Source: Ophelia neglecta (Eukaryota). From it: 64,000 nt of DNA. The stretch is from NCBI GenBank assembly GCA_965285935.1, contig OZ260662.1:71052001-71116000 (forward strand), written 5' to 3'. The position numbers and the translations under genes were made by a program. Position 1 is the stretch's first letter. Every line of letters begins with the position of its first letter. The notes below the pieces were generated by a model, which searched no databases, was not told the origin of the DNA, and saw only the letters and a program-made list of their open reading frames with translations. Shown one piece after another: positions 63,130-64,000 of this stretch.

Positions 63130-63960
63130 CATAATAGCAGTAATACGCAATGTTTGAATAAAAGACCGGTCCGAGAAGTAGTATCCAATGTATTTAAGTT
63201 CTTTACATACACCTAGCTAGCTTTGAAGAGGCTTTTTCTGCAATGAAAGTATTGATACCATTACGATAATTCGATGTGTTGCTAGTCTTCTTTCCATGGT
63301 GGTAGATTTGCAATGGACGGGACCTTATAATGTCATCATCCTGTCCTATGATACTCGTGTTACTGACAGCAGCCGAGCGCTGCTGGCGCCCGCCAAGGCT
63401 ACCAGATTTATCTGAAACACTCCAGCAGAAATGGAGCTCTGTACACTGACACTCAACTGGCGACCGATATGGCAAACGCTATGACGAATGTCAACAGCTT
63501 GGGAAGGTCAACGGCTGAAAAAGATAACTCCCAAACTTGCTAATCACCAAATTAATCTTGTATTTACTGCCTATTGCATTTTCTCCACTAGTGACATGAA
63601 GGGAAGAGTGTCCATACTTCCTATGGGCTCAATAATGTCCAGAGATGAGATCCCATTGATCACCGGGAGTCCGGCCCCAGGGATTCCATGTAAGCATAAA
63701 TTGTCTGATGTAAATAAAGCGGGGAAATATCTATGCATTGCAATACGAGGTCGAGGTATTGGTTCAGTTCTTCGCCGCGTATACATCCATAAAATTTAGT
63801 AACATTGTCAATATGATATGCATCTCGATGAGTGATATGAGTCTTGTGTAAAGAGCTGATACTGTTATTGGTAAAAGGCAATGAGAGGCCTTACATATTG
63901 GGCAATAACAATACACTGCCTTAGTGCAGGAGACACGTCTTCGTTCAGGAGACATCATTG
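63130..63960 (-). mobile_element. Possible decayed LINE RT relic
   Basis: CCCTGGGGCCGGAC (PGPD-like) and GTTGACCTTCCCAAGCTGTTGAC (VDLPKL.D, resembling LDxxKAFD) in the expected order. Confidence 0.35.
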
Positions 63961-64000
63961 TGTTTTAGCTGTGTTTTATTAATTACAGTAATCCTATTAG

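Overview
AT-rich animal (eukaryotic) genomic DNA with GT-AG introns. It contains no prokaryotic features, CRISPR array, rRNA or recognisable tRNA gene. I rebuilt two minus-strand spliced genes by hand, with every intron phase consistent. Gene 1 (17748 to beyond position 1; 27 exons and about 1489 codons in the window, 3' end outside it) is a secreted SCO-spondin-like protein: signal peptide, EMI/CCxGW segment, EGF, a 6-Cys TB/follistatin-N-like module, three VWD-C8-TIL-E assemblies with a TIL'-E' insert, then the first LDLa repeat. It has a TATA box at 17931-17938. Gene 2 (at least 39198 to 33296; 7 exons, about 584 aa, first exon not identified) is a single-pass receptor-like protein: SUEL/Gal-lectin, CUB-like, sushi-like, TM, and a 260-aa proline-rich tail with PPxY and LPPPP motifs. 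The rest is intronic or intergenic. It holds four copies of a TA-flanked Tc1/mariner-type MITE, a tandem TIR element in intron 1 of gene 1, several heavily decayed LINE/LTR relics, microsatellite/G tracts and a near-perfect 90-nt hairpin. The host is probably a spiralian such as an annelid; this is inferred from the gene 2 family and not proven. The most notable items are the fibrillin/follistatin-like head on a SCO-spondin body and the lectin-CUB-sushi receptor beside it.
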